Below, one piece after another: positions 63,326 to 64,000 of a DNA stretch of 64,000 nt. Made by a program: the position numbers and the translations under genes. Where the stretch lies: IMG/VR virus record IMGVR_UViG_3300049489_000201; one strand, given 5' to 3'. Below the pieces are notes generated by a model. The model saw only the letters and a program-made list of their open reading frames with translations. It ran no database searches and was not told where the DNA came from. Source of the DNA: an uncultured virus (IMG/VR IMGVR_UViG_3300049489_000201). Lineage: Duplodnaviria > Heunggongvirae > Uroviricota > Caudoviricetes. Numbering within the stretch: position 1 is the stretch's first letter; each line of letters begins with the position of its first letter.

Positions 63326-64000
63326 TGGACCATAGATTAGAAAAACTCCGAATCGGAACAAGATACGTAGCCCAAATCCGCAGTATCAACGAGGACCAAA
63401 CATCTGAGTGGTCGCCTGCGTTCTACATTAACACACCCACTGACTCTACAATCCCAGGAAACGTGACCGGGCTTAGCGGCTCTTATTCTGGTGGGAGTTT
63501 TAGGTGGACGTGGCTCAAGCCGATCTACAACACGAATGGTAAGCCATTCAAGGACTTTAGTTACTACGAAATCACGGTTTCGGACGGAACAAACTCTTAT
63601 ACTGACAGGACCACCTCCCGAGACTACTTTATTGATGTAAGCACATATCAGACAAAACTTGGCAATGGGCCAACACTAACGCTCAGCGTCAAGGCTGCTG
63701 ACTGGAGCGACAACAAATCTGTAACCCCGGCGTCGAGCGCTGTTACTGCGCCAGTCCCATCGACAATTTCTGGATCTTCAACCATTTCCGGTGTAGCATC
63801 GGTGCGACTAACATGGACTGAGGTAACCAACGTCGCTGTCGACGAATACGAAGTCTTTGTTGATGACACGGTTGGTTTCACGGCAGACACAAGCACATTC
63901 ACAAACCTATCCGGTAGAACCAACGACGCTTCATTTATCTGGCAGTCTGGCGAAACAACGGCTTTAACTCGATACTTCAAGATACGTGCGAGGTCTGTTT
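63325..64000 (+). CDS. Fn3-like repeat tail fibre protein (truncated by window end)
   Basis: TAATG coupling; PGNVTGL...W.W...YYEI; VRLTW...YEV. Confidence 0.65.
   Translation, partial: MDHRLEKLRIGTRYVAQIRSINEDQTSEWSPAFYINTPTDSTIPGNVTGLSGSYSGGSFRWTWLKPIYNTNGKPFKDFSYYEITVSDGTNSYTDRTTSRDYFIDVSTYQTKLGNGPTLTLSVKAADWSDNKSVTPASSAVTAPVPSTISGSSTISGVASVRLTWTEVTNVAVDEYEVFVDDTVGFTADTSTFTNLSGRTNDASFIWQSGETTALTRYFKIRARSV

Noticed and set aside
1..64000. Stop-codon reassignment
   Set aside because: Conserved genes are intact under the standard code, all three stops are used, and no suppressor tRNA is seen.

Overview
This is 64 kb of a large tailed (siphovirus-type) phage of an actinobacterial host. Its gene order resembles the large Streptomyces BE/BK-type phages; that comparison is from recalled gene order, not a search. 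Left to right: (1) 1-4735, small + strand accessory genes ending in an Ntn-hydrolase-like gene. (2) About 4690-5300, an AT-rich convergence zone with three DnaA-box matches. (3) 5.3-18.2 kb, a minus-strand early region built as short transcription cassettes (Lsr2-like, rIIA/rIIB-like, six tRNAs, GP88-like, DUF4258-like RNase, WhiB-like, many micro-ORFs), separated by a dispersed GCGGGCY-N-RGCCCGC palindromic element (13 copies). (4) 18.4-24 kb, minus-strand genes including HNH, macrodomain, ThyX, RtcB and a transglycosylase. (5) From 24.4 kb, a + strand arm: glycosyltransferase, class II RNR, endolysin, virion accessory proteins, portal, protease/scaffold, capsid, a roughly 1150-aa repeat fibre, head-tail genes, tail tube, frameshifted chaperones, tape measure with NlpC/P60, and minor tail proteins. 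No terminase, integrase or CRISPR array is visible. The most notable observations are the promoter-plus-palindrome cassette array, seven TGTCNG/T-N10-TANNNT promoters resembling the actinobacterial PafBC (RecA-NDp) DNA-damage motif, and several unannotated structured RNAs, one directly upstream of a toxin-like RNase. All calls were made by eye; no database searches or folding programs were run.
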